53,790 nucleotides of DNA, taken from positions 1 through 53,790 of IMG/VR virus record IMGVR_UViG_3300045988_119356; one strand, given 5' to 3'. Position numbers and translations under genes: made by a program. Shown in pieces: positions 10,054 to 20,300 of the stretch. Source of the stretch: a virus. Within the stretch, counting starts at the first letter, position 1. Every line of letters begins with the position of its first letter. Under the pieces are notes generated by a model. The model worked only from the letters and a program-made list of their open reading frames with translations. It searched no databases and was not told the DNA's origin.

Positions 10054-10415
10054 GTATTTATGACGATTTACAAAGTGTTACATCTGAGATAATGAGTGAG
10101 TTCAAACAAGGATTAATTCAACTTGTCCAGTTCAAATATTCAGAAGATTCGACACCAGATAATCCCGGAGAACCCGAAGAAGTTTTGATTGAATTAAACG
10201 GAACTGTTAAAGGTGTAAGCTATAAGTATTTAAAAGATAGTTTTATAACAGCTTCCGATAAAGAGATTACAACTGCTGTTGTAAACGATGTTATTCCGTC
10301 TGAAAACGATTTTATCGAAATAGATAATGTCAGATATAAAATATTAGAGTTTTTGCCTTTACCCGGTGCTGGGACACCTTGTGCGTGGAAGTTTATAGCA
10401 CGTAAAGGAGGATAG
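10050..10415 (+). CDS. Head-completion protein (putative)
   Basis: 121 aa, translationally coupled. Confidence 0.35.
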   Translation: MSIYDDLQSVTSEIMSEFKQGLIQLVQFKYSEDSTPDNPGEPEEVLIELNGTVKGVSYKYLKDSFITASDKEITTAVVNDVIPSENDFIEIDNVRYKILEFLPLPGAGTPCAWKFIARKGG

Positions 10416-10416
10416 C

Positions 10417-11424
10417 ATGGCTACAACTCTTCAACAATTATATCTTTTACAAATTCCTGAAGTTCAAACGCTTTTTATTAACGCTATGGAAAATATCGTC
10501 GATCGCGCTGTTATCGAGGATATGATTAAAGCTATTGAGAATAATGATGTTGAAGCTCTTTATCAAGCAAGTGGTTTTACTCCGGCTTTGTTAAATCCAA
10601 TAATTAAAAAAATCGAAGATATATATGAAGAAACAGCAAGTATCACTTTGAGTAGTTGGCCTAAACGACTTAACGCGGTTTTTAATATTCGTAACGAAAA
10701 AGTCGAAAAAGATTTGAGAGATTATTCAAGTAATTTTATAAGTAATATTACAAATGAAGCCAAAGAAGTTGTCCGTTTTCAACTAAGCGAAGGTATGGCA
10801 AGAGGTGATAATCCTAGGGAAACAGCTTTGAATATCGTTGGCCGTATTAATCCGACAACAAAGAAAAGGGAGGGTGGAGTTATAGGATTATCATCCAATC
10901 AAGTCAAATGGGTCGCCAATGCTCGAAAATATTTGGAAAATTTAGATGAAAAATATTTCACTTTAGGTTTGAGAGATAAGCGTTTTGATTCAATAGTTAA
11001 GAAAGCTGTTGAGAGCGGTAAAAAGTTGAATAAAGATGAAATTAGTAAACTTATAACCGCTTATGAGAAAAAAGCGTTAAAATATCGTGGGGATGCTATT
11101 GCTAGAACAGAAACAATGCAAGCTATAAATCGCGGTGAGTACGCTTCAATTCAACAAAACATTGACGAAGGTTTAATACGAGAAGACCAAGTCCGTAAAT
11201 GGTGGGATGATACCGGTGATGGGCGCACTCGATTAACTCACGTTGGTTTAGGTAACAAATATAATAAAAAAAATACAATCGGATTTAATGAACCTTTCGT
11301 TTCGGTATCTGGTTCAGAATTGCTTTATCCTGGTGACAAATCTCTTGGTGCAAATCCAAAAGAAACAATTCATTGTCGTTGTAAAGCACAATATAAAATT
11401 GACTTTTTAGCAGGGTATGTATAA
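10417..11424 (+). CDS. Head morphogenesis protein of the Mu F / SPP1 gp7 family
   Basis: C-terminal W..D..DGRTR.TH..L.G......F......PP-like region ending in HCRCKAQY, the family's CRC signature. Confidence 0.5.
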   Translation: MATTLQQLYLLQIPEVQTLFINAMENIVDRAVIEDMIKAIENNDVEALYQASGFTPALLNPIIKKIEDIYEETASITLSSWPKRLNAVFNIRNEKVEKDLRDYSSNFISNITNEAKEVVRFQLSEGMARGDNPRETALNIVGRINPTTKKREGGVIGLSSNQVKWVANARKYLENLDEKYFTLGLRDKRFDSIVKKAVESGKKLNKDEISKLITAYEKKALKYRGDAIARTETMQAINRGEYASIQQNIDEGLIREDQVRKWWDDTGDGRTRLTHVGLGNKYNKKNTIGFNEPFVSVSGSELLYPGDKSLGANPKETIHCRCKAQYKIDFLAGYV

Positions 11425-11861
11425 TGGCCGAAAGTTTTAATGCTGTAATAGATAAAGTTGTCGCTGACACCAAGGAAAAAATGCTTGCTGTCGTTAAAAA
11501 CAGTATTCAAGAGGTTGTCGAAGATGCTCAAACTCCACTTGCTAAAGGTGGTAAAATGCACGTTGATACTGGGTTTCTAAGGTCATCTGGTCAAGCTCAA
11601 TTAAATCAATTGCCAGTAGGTCAAACCGAGGGTCGTGAACGTGCAGAAGGTGAAGTTGGTGTTTTACCAGAATATGCTACACCGGATAAAGCAGATTATA
11701 TATTGCCTACACTTGCAAAAATGAAAGTCGGTGATACTTTTTATTTCGGATGGACTGCTAGATATGCTCAAATTCGTGAAATTTACGACGGGTTTATGGA
11801 ATCTGCGATTATGAAATGGAAACAAATTGTTGACAACCAGATAAGGAGATTGAAAAAGTGA
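11424..11861 (+). CDS. Neck / tail-completion protein (putative)
   Basis: 145 aa, placed between the head and tail modules. Confidence 0.35.
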   Translation: MAESFNAVIDKVVADTKEKMLAVVKNSIQEVVEDAQTPLAKGGKMHVDTGFLRSSGQAQLNQLPVGQTEGRERAEGEVGVLPEYATPDKADYILPTLAKMKVGDTFYFGWTARYAQIREIYDGFMESAIMKWKQIVDNQIRRLKK

Positions 11862-12265
11862 TTGAATCTAAAATTTTAAATCTTTTACAAAAAAAGGTAA
11901 CCGAGGTTGTCAATAACGTTTATTCGGTTAAATATATAAACACTAATATAAAAGCTAAAGATAAGTTTTGGGAAATTGTTTATATCCCGAATAACATTGA
12001 AGATGAATTTTGGGATGAAGGTAAAACTTATCGCGGTATAATGCGTCTGATACTTCACTGGCCACAAGACAATAAAGGTATATACAAACCCATGGAAGAA
12101 GCTGAAAGAGTTGCTGACGGCTTTAAAAAAGGCTTGGAGTTGTTTGATGATAAGAATCATTTAAAGGTTACTTTAACAGATAATGCCGATTGCACGGGCA
12201 TTGTTGAAAATGAGGGTAAACTGTTAATACCCTTGACAATTAAATATCTATGTTTTAAGCTATAA
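11858..12265 (+). CDS. Tail terminator/completion protein (putative)
   Basis: 135 aa immediately upstream of the tail tube gene. Confidence 0.35.
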   Translation: MIESKILNLLQKKVTEVVNNVYSVKYINTNIKAKDKFWEIVYIPNNIEDEFWDEGKTYRGIMRLILHWPQDNKGIYKPMEEAERVADGFKKGLELFDDKNHLKVTLTDNADCTGIVENEGKLLIPLTIKYLCFKL

Positions 12266-12371
12266 TTGCTTTTATTTAATAAAAGAGCGCACTAGGTTGG
12301 ATGACCTAAAATCAATCAATCGGTGCGCTTTTTTACGCACCAAAGAACTTAAACTTTTAAGAGGTGCATAA
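12259..12371 (+). promoter_or_regulatory. Conserved leader element, copy B (same structure as 7962-8085).
   Basis: Near-identical sequence, including the RBS AAGAGGTGC and the first codons ATGGCAAAT. Confidence 0.7.
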
Positions 12372-13130
12372 ATGGCAAATACAAACGCGTTTTCGAAACT
12401 TTTTGTTTGTCCTATTCCCCAAAACAATGATTTGACCGAAGACGATTACAACGGTTTAGAGTGGAAATTGGTCAAAGGTGTTGGTAATCTTGGAGAAACA
12501 GGTAAACAAACAAACGTTTTGACATATAACACATGGGAAACCGAAGTAGCCGATAAAGCTAAAGGTATTACCGACGCAGGTTCACCAACCGTTGAAGTTG
12601 CTCGTGACCCTTATGATGAAGGTCAGCAAATTTTGCGTGAGGCCGGCGCAGTAGGTAACAACAATAAATATGCTTTCAAAATTTTGAGAGCTGACGGTCC
12701 GCTTGGTGGTACCGGTACAATTCAATACAACAGAGGTATTGTAGCTGGACCAACCCGTCCGAACGGACAGAACGAAGATTTCGATTTGGAAGTCTTTACT
12801 CTTGGTTTGGTACAAGAAGAAATCGTTGTTAATCCGACAACTGGCTCTCAAGCTCCGACTTTAACAGCAGCTCCGTCCATTTCAGGTACAGAACAAGTTG
12901 GTGAAACTCTTACCTGTACAAATGGTACATTCTCCGGTGCTGAAACAATCACTTATTCTTATCAATGGTTTGCAAACGGTGTCGCTGTTTCTGGCGCTAC
13001 TGCAAGCACTTATGAACTTAAAGCATCCGATAAGGATAAAGTTTTCATGTGCCGTGTAATGGCCAAAAATGCCGGTGGTTACGCTTATGGTTTCTCAAAC
13101 ACAACATCTAAAGTAACTGAAGGAGCTTAA
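12372..13130 (+). CDS. Major tail tube protein with a C-terminal Ig-like (Big_2) domain, like lambda gpV
   Basis: 252 aa. The C-terminus TLTCTNGTFSGAETITYSYQWF...FMCRV is Ig-like. It is followed by the G/GT chaperones and the tape measure. Confidence 0.7.
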   Translation: MANTNAFSKLFVCPIPQNNDLTEDDYNGLEWKLVKGVGNLGETGKQTNVLTYNTWETEVADKAKGITDAGSPTVEVARDPYDEGQQILREAGAVGNNNKYAFKILRADGPLGGTGTIQYNRGIVAGPTRPNGQNEDFDLEVFTLGLVQEEIVVNPTTGSQAPTLTAAPSISGTEQVGETLTCTNGTFSGAETITYSYQWFANGVAVSGATASTYELKASDKDKVFMCRVMAKNAGGYAYGFSNTTSKVTEGA

Positions 13131-13132
13131 AC

Positions 13133-13510
13133 ATGGATTTAGCTAGTCTTAAACCATCGGAAAGAATTATTGACATTTTACATCCTGTATCTGGTGACAA
13201 AATCGGTGTAACAGTTCAAATTCTTTCTTTATCTGACGAAAGAATGATGAACGTAAAACGTCGTATTCGAAACAAAAATATCGAACTTCAAAAAAGAGGT
13301 AAAACTCTGAAAGCTTCTGATATTGAAGATAACGAATTGGATTTGTTGGTTGCTTGCATTACCGGTTGGAACTGGGGCGAAAATAAATTCAAAGATAAAA
13401 CACCGGACTGCAACGAGAAAAATGTAAAAGAAGTCCTTACTGAACTTCCTTGGTTTAAACAGCAAATCACGGAGGCTATTGACGACGAAAAAGCTTTTTT
13501 TCAGAGTTAA
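13133..13510 (+). CDS. Tail assembly chaperone (gpG-like)
   Basis: 125 aa. Its 3' end contains the heptamer T_TTT_TTT in the zero frame. Confidence 0.65.
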   Translation: MDLASLKPSERIIDILHPVSGDKIGVTVQILSLSDERMMNVKRRIRNKNIELQKRGKTLKASDIEDNELDLLVACITGWNWGENKFKDKTPDCNEKNVKEVLTELPWFKQQITEAIDDEKAFFQS

Positions 13511-13920
13511 AAACTAATTTGGTTGAGGCCGTACGAGTTTTTACTCGTTACGACCTCGCCGAAGAAGGTGATGAAGAAAACACTCGTCGAAAAAGAAATG
13601 AACGCGTTGGAATTGATACACCTAAGTTTGAGATACCGGAAAATGGTTTTTATTTGTGGGATTGGTTCAATCAAATAAACAATAGTGTATCTCGGATTGA
13701 TTTTAACGGTTATTATTGTTCTATACCGCCGTCCGAGTTTTTAGCTTGGTCAAAACTTACAGGAAATTGTTTGACACCTGAAGAATATGATATTTTAAGA
13801 GCTATGGACGGTATATTTTGTAAAGAGTTAAATGCCGAAATTACATCTAAACGAGCCAGAGAAGAAGATGCTCGGAAAAGAGAAATGGAAGCTAAAAGTG
13901 TAAGGGTGCGGAGAAGATAA
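13133..13920 (+). CDS. Tail assembly chaperone GT-like fusion made by a -1 programmed frameshift
   Basis: The slippery site GCTTTTTTTC at 13495-13501 is in the correct X_XXY_YYZ register. The -1 frame runs into the 13519-13920 ORF. Confidence 0.55.
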
Positions 13921-16146
13921 ATGGCAACAGATATTGCAAAGATAGGTTTCAGTGTTGAAACTTCTCAATTAGAAAAAGGTGTCGCAACCCTTAACAGTTT
14001 TAGTGCAAGTGCAAAATCTGCAAACTCAAATGCTCAAAGTGTAGGAACAGCGATGAACCAAGCCAGCAAAGTTTTTGCGGCCGCTGTTTCTGCCATGAGC
14101 AAAAGTATATTGTCTTTAGTGTCCGCAACAAAAGGCGCGACTGTCGAACAAATTGCCGCTGCAAAAGAAGCATCTGATTATGCCGATAGAATTTACAGAG
14201 CTGCACAAGCTCAAGATAAGTTAACTACGAGCATACAGAAAGCATCGATGGCATCAAGAACTCAACAAACAGTTTTACAAAAACAGCTTGCAGTACAAGA
14301 AAGAATTAACAGATTAACCGGTGTTAGTGGTTTAGCTGGCGGTTCTGCTTTTGCATCTTTTAACGTTTTCAAAAGAGAGATGGGTAAAAACGAATGGAAC
14401 GAAGCAACCGGCATGTTAACTCGTGATTTAATGCCGAATAGGTTTAATACTGCCAATATTGCCGCACAATTTCAAGATATTGGTGTAACTGCCGCGATGG
14501 GTATGAATCCTATGCTTATCGCGTTGCAACAAGGTACTCAATTAGCTGCTGTTATGAACAGTATGGAAGCCCCGTTAAAGGGTTTAGGTGAAGCATTTAA
14601 ACAGATTGTAAACCCTGTATCATTATTGTCCATAGGTTTGACGGCTTTGGCTGTTGTCGGTTTACAGATGGTTGATTGGACAGGTGTTGCTGAAAGTAGT
14701 TTGAATGGTTTAGCAGATATAATGAATTATGTGGCAGACAACGCCGGTATTGTTACTTCTGCTTTGGCTGCTGTTACTGTTGCTATAACTGCTTTTAATA
14801 AAGCAGCTGTATTTTCAACGGTGACGAGCGGATTAAAAACTATGTTGACAATTTTAACTAGTTTAGCCGGAGTTGTTGCAGCAGTTTTAACAAGCCCGAT
14901 AACGTTAACTATTGCTGCTGTAACTGGTTTAACAACAGTCTTTATTAAATTCGAAGATGAGATTAACAGTTTTTTCGGGTTTGATTTTGTCAGCGTTGTT
15001 AAATCGGCTGTTAACGCAATGATAGGTTCGTTTATCGCCGGTTTTGAAGCCATTTGGGAAGGTGCTAAATGGGTTTGGGATAAAATCCAATCTCTTTGGA
15101 ATGGAGGAGAAGGGCCAAGCGGTAGTTTAATGGATGCCTTAAATAAAGGTGTCGATGATGCTCTTGGTCGTGATTACATTGGTGCCGCTTCTGATGCTGT
15201 CAGCTCTGCCGCTACCGTAGCATCTAATAAATTGAGAGAGTGGTCGTCTGGTTTAAGAGAAATGTCGAAAGAGGCTAAAAAAGCCGCGCAAGCATGGAAA
15301 GACTTAAATACTGAAGCATCTCGTAAAATTGCCGATTTACAACTTGAACAAGGTTTGATTGGTGCTGGTACTTATGAATCAACATATTGGAAAACTCGTC
15401 AAGATTTAATAAATCAAGCAAACGATAATAATATTCAATTAACACCTGATAAGTTGGATACAATAAATCAGTTTGCTGAAAGTACAGCTCGTTTAAGTGA
15501 AAAAAACGAAAAGCTGACCGAAACTTATGAGTTTGCCAAGTCCACAACAAATTCATTTTTCCAAGATTTAAGACAAGGTTTAATGGACGGAGCAAACGCT
15601 TGGGAAACTTTCGGTAGTGCAGCATTGAATGTTTTAGATAGCATCCTGAGCAAAATGATGGATGTCGGTGTTGATTATTTATTTCAAAGCATGCGTGGAG
15701 CAGGAATGTTCGGTGGTGTTAACAATGTTACCGGTACAGCTGCTACGGGTGGAAATGTAACAGTTATGGAAGGTTCTTATGTTGGACCGTTTGCAAAAGG
15801 TGGAGCGTTTACCAATGGTGTTTATAATTCCCCGACATTGTTTAAATTTGCTAAAGGTAATAAATTTGGTGTAATGGGTGAAGCTGGTCCAGAAGCTGTT
15901 ATGCCTTTACGTCGTGGATCAGACGGTTCTTTAGGTGTACAAGCCGATGGAATTGGCGATAATGTTGTCGTAAACGTTTATAATAATTCAAATGCTCAGG
16001 CTAGCGTAAATCAAAAACAGACTTCTCAAGGTACTGAAATTGATGTTACAATTGACCAAATGGTTGCTCGAAAAATAGGTCAACCTGGTACATCATCAAA
16101 CAATGCTTTACGAGCTTTTAATAATCAAAGATTAATTGCAAGGTAG
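13921..16146 (+). CDS. Tape measure protein
   Basis: 741 aa, alpha-helical and Ala/Gly-rich, with internal TM-like stretches, downstream of the G/GT genes. Confidence 0.8.
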   Translation: MATDIAKIGFSVETSQLEKGVATLNSFSASAKSANSNAQSVGTAMNQASKVFAAAVSAMSKSILSLVSATKGATVEQIAAAKEASDYADRIYRAAQAQDKLTTSIQKASMASRTQQTVLQKQLAVQERINRLTGVSGLAGGSAFASFNVFKREMGKNEWNEATGMLTRDLMPNRFNTANIAAQFQDIGVTAAMGMNPMLIALQQGTQLAAVMNSMEAPLKGLGEAFKQIVNPVSLLSIGLTALAVVGLQMVDWTGVAESSLNGLADIMNYVADNAGIVTSALAAVTVAITAFNKAAVFSTVTSGLKTMLTILTSLAGVVAAVLTSPITLTIAAVTGLTTVFIKFEDEINSFFGFDFVSVVKSAVNAMIGSFIAGFEAIWEGAKWVWDKIQSLWNGGEGPSGSLMDALNKGVDDALGRDYIGAASDAVSSAATVASNKLREWSSGLREMSKEAKKAAQAWKDLNTEASRKIADLQLEQGLIGAGTYESTYWKTRQDLINQANDNNIQLTPDKLDTINQFAESTARLSEKNEKLTETYEFAKSTTNSFFQDLRQGLMDGANAWETFGSAALNVLDSILSKMMDVGVDYLFQSMRGAGMFGGVNNVTGTAATGGNVTVMEGSYVGPFAKGGAFTNGVYNSPTLFKFAKGNKFGVMGEAGPEAVMPLRRGSDGSLGVQADGIGDNVVVNVYNNSNAQASVNQKQTSQGTEIDVTIDQMVARKIGQPGTSSNNALRAFNNQRLIAR

Positions 16147-16155
16147 GAGAAAATT

Positions 16156-16488
16156 ATGGCAACTTGGCCGGAGAAATTTAAAATTTTAAGGGATAATTTT
16201 CAAGATTCTTTAGGTGATAGAACTATTCGTTCAAGTATGGATATTGGGCCTGCTAAAATACGTCGTAGAACAATTTTAACTGTGTCGAATGTTTCTTTTT
16301 CTATGATGTTAAATCAAGAAGATTATGAAGAATTTAAAGAATTTTATTACAATAATGATGTTGGTGTTTTTGACTTTCAAAGACCCGATTCGAATAAAAT
16401 CGTCCAAGCTCGTTTTGGTTCGGCACCTTCAGCAAGTATGAATGAAACTTTATGGTTAGTTAATGTAAATCTGGAGATACTACCTTGA
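16156..16488 (+). CDS. Minor tail protein (lambda gpM-like)
   Basis: 110 aa, matching the size and position of lambda gpM. Confidence 0.45.
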   Translation: MATWPEKFKILRDNFQDSLGDRTIRSSMDIGPAKIRRRTILTVSNVSFSMMLNQEDYEEFKEFYYNNDVGVFDFQRPDSNKIVQARFGSAPSASMNETLWLVNVNLEILP

Positions 16489-16982
16489 TAAGTGATAACC
16501 TTAAACAAGCTGCTTATGCTCAAGAAACAGATGTTGCTGTAATTGTTTTGTTGACGTTATCGACTCCAGAACTGAAAGACGAGATAAATATATGCAATGT
16601 ACCTGTGGAAAAATTTTCCGATATGGGAGAAAATGTTTATGGTTGTACAAGTAAAGGTAAAAGATATTTGTTTTTACCTTTTGAGATAACCCTTCCTCAA
16701 GATGATAAAACCGGCGCTGTGAGTGCAAAATTAACAATAGACAACGTTAATCGGCAAATAGTTCAATATGCGCGCCAAACAAGGAAAGCTGTCAATGTTA
16801 ATATCCAATGTGTATTATCTAACAATTTAGATTATGTTGAGCTGGAATATAACGATTTTAAGTTAACCAACGTAAACTATGATGGTTTTACTGTATCTGG
16901 AAATTTATCAATTGATTATTTAGGTTTGGAACCATTTCCTTGCGGTCGTTTCACACCGTCAGGTTTTCCGGGATTATTCTAA
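16485..16982 (+). CDS. Minor tail protein (gpL-like)
   Basis: 165 aa, coupled by ATGA/TAATG overlaps. Confidence 0.4.
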   Translation: MISDNLKQAAYAQETDVAVIVLLTLSTPELKDEINICNVPVEKFSDMGENVYGCTSKGKRYLFLPFEITLPQDDKTGAVSAKLTIDNVNRQIVQYARQTRKAVNVNIQCVLSNNLDYVELEYNDFKLTNVNYDGFTVSGNLSIDYLGLEPFPCGRFTPSGFPGLF

Positions 16983-17380
16983 TGTGGTGTAACGATTTTA
17001 TAAAAGTCCCATTTTCAGATAAAGGTCGCTCAGAAAACGGTTGTGATTGTTGGGGTTTAGCACGTTTAATTTATAAAAAACAACTGAATATCGATTTACC
17101 TTTATTATTAGATTATATTGATACCAAGGACAGATTTCATATATCTAATGTTTGTGAAATTGAGTGTAAAGAATGGGAAGAAATAGAAAAAGGCCAAGAA
17201 GAGCCTTATGATGTACTTGTTTTTAAAATACTTGGTTTACCTTGTCATGTCGGAGTAGTTGTAAAAAAAGGTATAATGATTCATTGTGAAAAAGGTTGCG
17301 GAACTCATTTAACCGAGTATAATAGAGAAGCTCAGTGGTGCCAACGTCTTGCAGGAATTTATAGATATGTTAAACGATAA
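16982..17380 (+). CDS. Tail-associated NlpC/P60 peptidase (gpK-like)
   Basis: CDCWGLARLIY (Cys) and HVGVV (His) motifs. The start is preferred at the TAATG overlap at 16982. Confidence 0.65.
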   Translation: MWCNDFIKVPFSDKGRSENGCDCWGLARLIYKKQLNIDLPLLLDYIDTKDRFHISNVCEIECKEWEEIEKGQEEPYDVLVFKILGLPCHVGVVVKKGIMIHCEKGCGTHLTEYNREAQWCQRLAGIYRYVKR

Positions 17381-20300
17381 TATCACAGTTCAAAAATCTT
17401 TAATGCCGTTTCGACGTGATTTTGAAACTTTACATTTAGAAAAATGCAAGACTATTCAAGAGATTGTAGATAAAACTATACCTTTTAATTTCGAAGGCGC
17501 ACATCTTGTTGTTACTTTGAATAATGAAGTTGTTAAATCTGATAAATGGAATATTTTATTAAAGAAAAATGATATAGTTGGTTTGAATTTTATCCCTACC
17601 GGTGGTGGAGATGGTAAGAACTCTTTAATGACTGTTATTAATATTGTAGCAGCTGTTGCCGTTGCTGTTTTTGCTCCGGAGGCGATACCTGCAATGGCTA
17701 GTTATTGGAGTATTTCTGAAACTGCTGCTGCTGCGATTTATTATATAGGTTCTTCTTTGGTAATGAGTGTGGCCAATTATGCTTTGATGTCCACACCAAA
17801 TCAAACTTCAACTTTTAAGTCATCATTAAAAGAATCGCAAACTCAATTTATTGAAAATGCTCAAAATGCTATTAGTAAATATGGTATTATTCCGGTAAAT
17901 TTAGGTACTAATAGAATGTTCCCGCCTCAAGCGGCTTTACCTTATACTGAAACAAGCGGAAATAATCAATATTGCAGACAAATTTTCACATACGGTTATG
18001 GTAAATTAAAAATCAGCGATAGAAAACTTGGTGAAACTTCTATTTCAGAATACGAAGAAGTAGAAATGGACGATCGTTTAAATGCTGACTTAAATCAAGG
18101 GGTCAAACTTTATACTAACGATGTTTATCAAGAATCTTTAAATGTGAAGATTACTCGTGAAGCTGGAGAAATAATTCGTTCTACGCAACGTGATACTGAT
18201 GAATGTGAATTGGACATTACATTCAACGCCCTTGTAGATACAATTTCTTATGGTCCTTATACAGGGTTTCAGTTTGCTACAAGTGTTAACTTTCAAGTTT
18301 ATTATAGAGATGTAAATTCTGAAGATTGGATACGTGTTGATGATTTGAATGTTACAGCTAAAACAATGCAAGCTTTAAGAAAAGTAAAAAGAATTATTTT
18401 TCCTGAAAAAGGTCAATATGAAATAAAAATAATAAGAACTACTAGTTCAGGTGATGGAAGATACCTTATAAATGATTCTTATTTAACTGCTATTCGTTCC
18501 ATTAAATATCAAAATCCGGTCAAATTTGCTGATATTTCAGGTACAGCTATGAGGATAAGAGCTACTGAACAGCTGAATGGTACGGTTAGCTCTTATAATG
18601 CTATTGTTTCAACTTTGGTAAAAGGTTACAATCCTAAAACAGATTCTTGGGTTAACGATGTAGAAAGTTCGAATCCTGCTGATATATTCAGATATGTTTT
18701 ACAAACACCTGCTTTTGCTAAACATTTACCAGATGAAAAAATTGATTTAGAAAAATTGGCTGAATGGTGGAAATACTGTGATGATTTGAAATTAACATAC
18801 AATCGAATTATAGATTACGAAACCAGTATTGATGATGTCTTAAATGATATTTGTGCCGCTGGTGTAGCCACTATTTCAAAAGTCAATAATATTTACAGTG
18901 TTATTATAGATAACGAACGTCCTTATGTAAAAGGTCTTGTAACACCTCGTAATAGTTGGGAATATTCAGGTAATATTAATTATCCTGAAATACCACATGC
19001 TTTAAGAGTCGAGTTTAGAAATGCCGAAAAAGGTTATGAAACTGACGAAAGAATTGTTTACGCCGATGGCTATACAGAAGAAACTGCTACATTGTTCGAA
19101 AGAATTGAGTTTTCTAGTTGTACAAATGCCGATTTAGCTTATTGGTATGGTCGTCGTTATTTTGCAACAGCACTGTTGCAACCGGAAACTCATACTTTCA
19201 AAATGGATTTTGAAAATTTAACTTTTAATCGTGGCGATAGAATTAATCTTGTTAACGATGTAATTCTCGTTGGTGTAGGACAAGGTCGTATTAAAGAGTT
19301 AAAATTTGACGATGAAGGAAACGTTGTCGGTTTTGTTATAGATGAAGAATTAAATATTCCTTCTGTGAACAATTTAGGCGTCCGAATTAGAGATAATTTA
19401 GGAAAAGGTTTTTCATATCATTTGCTAAAATCTATTTCAGGTTTAGTTTCGGAGTTTACATTTAATGAAACAATCGAATTGAATGAAGCTCCAGCTTTAG
19501 GAAGTTTGTGCGCTTTCGTTGAGGACGGTAAAGAATTAGATTTAATAATCACTCAAATTAAACCTGATTCCAATCAATCTGCGACAATAACCGCTATTGA
19601 TTACGCACCTGAAAGATTTAATCCTTTAGAAGAAATACCTCCTTTCGATAGCAATATTACAATACCGGGTGATTTTTATAGACCTTATCCTCCAGAATTG
19701 GATGGTGAAGTTGTTTCGGATGAAACAGTAATGTTGAAAAATTCCGACGGTAGTATTACTTCAATTATGGTCATACCGTTACGAAATCGCAATGAAAACT
19801 CAGTTATACCTGTAATAAAATGTCGTCTTTATGGTACAAGTGAGTGGTTTACACCCGGCGCGTTGAAACGAGATGCCAATCAAGTAATGTTAACAGGTCT
19901 TGAAGATGGTGAAACTTATGATATTGAAATTCGTTATCAGCGTCAAACGGGTTTGCAACTTTTATCAAAACCTTTAGTTTTGAATAAAATTAAATTTGTA
20001 GGCGGTTCGACACCTCCGGGAGATGTTGAGAATTTTAGAGTAACCATCACAAACGGTTTGGGTGTTTTCGAATGGTCCCCAGTTAACGACATTGATATAT
20101 CTCATTATGTTATAAGATATACTAACGAAACCGAAGATGTTACATGGGAAAGTTCTCAAGTAGTTTATCCGCAAATCACCAGTTGTTCGATTACCGGTTT
20201 AATTCACAAAGGTACATATTTAATCAAAGCTGTTGATTTGTTAGGTTACGAGAGTGTTAATCCTACATTAATTGTATCTGCCGATGCTGGCGCTTTTAAT

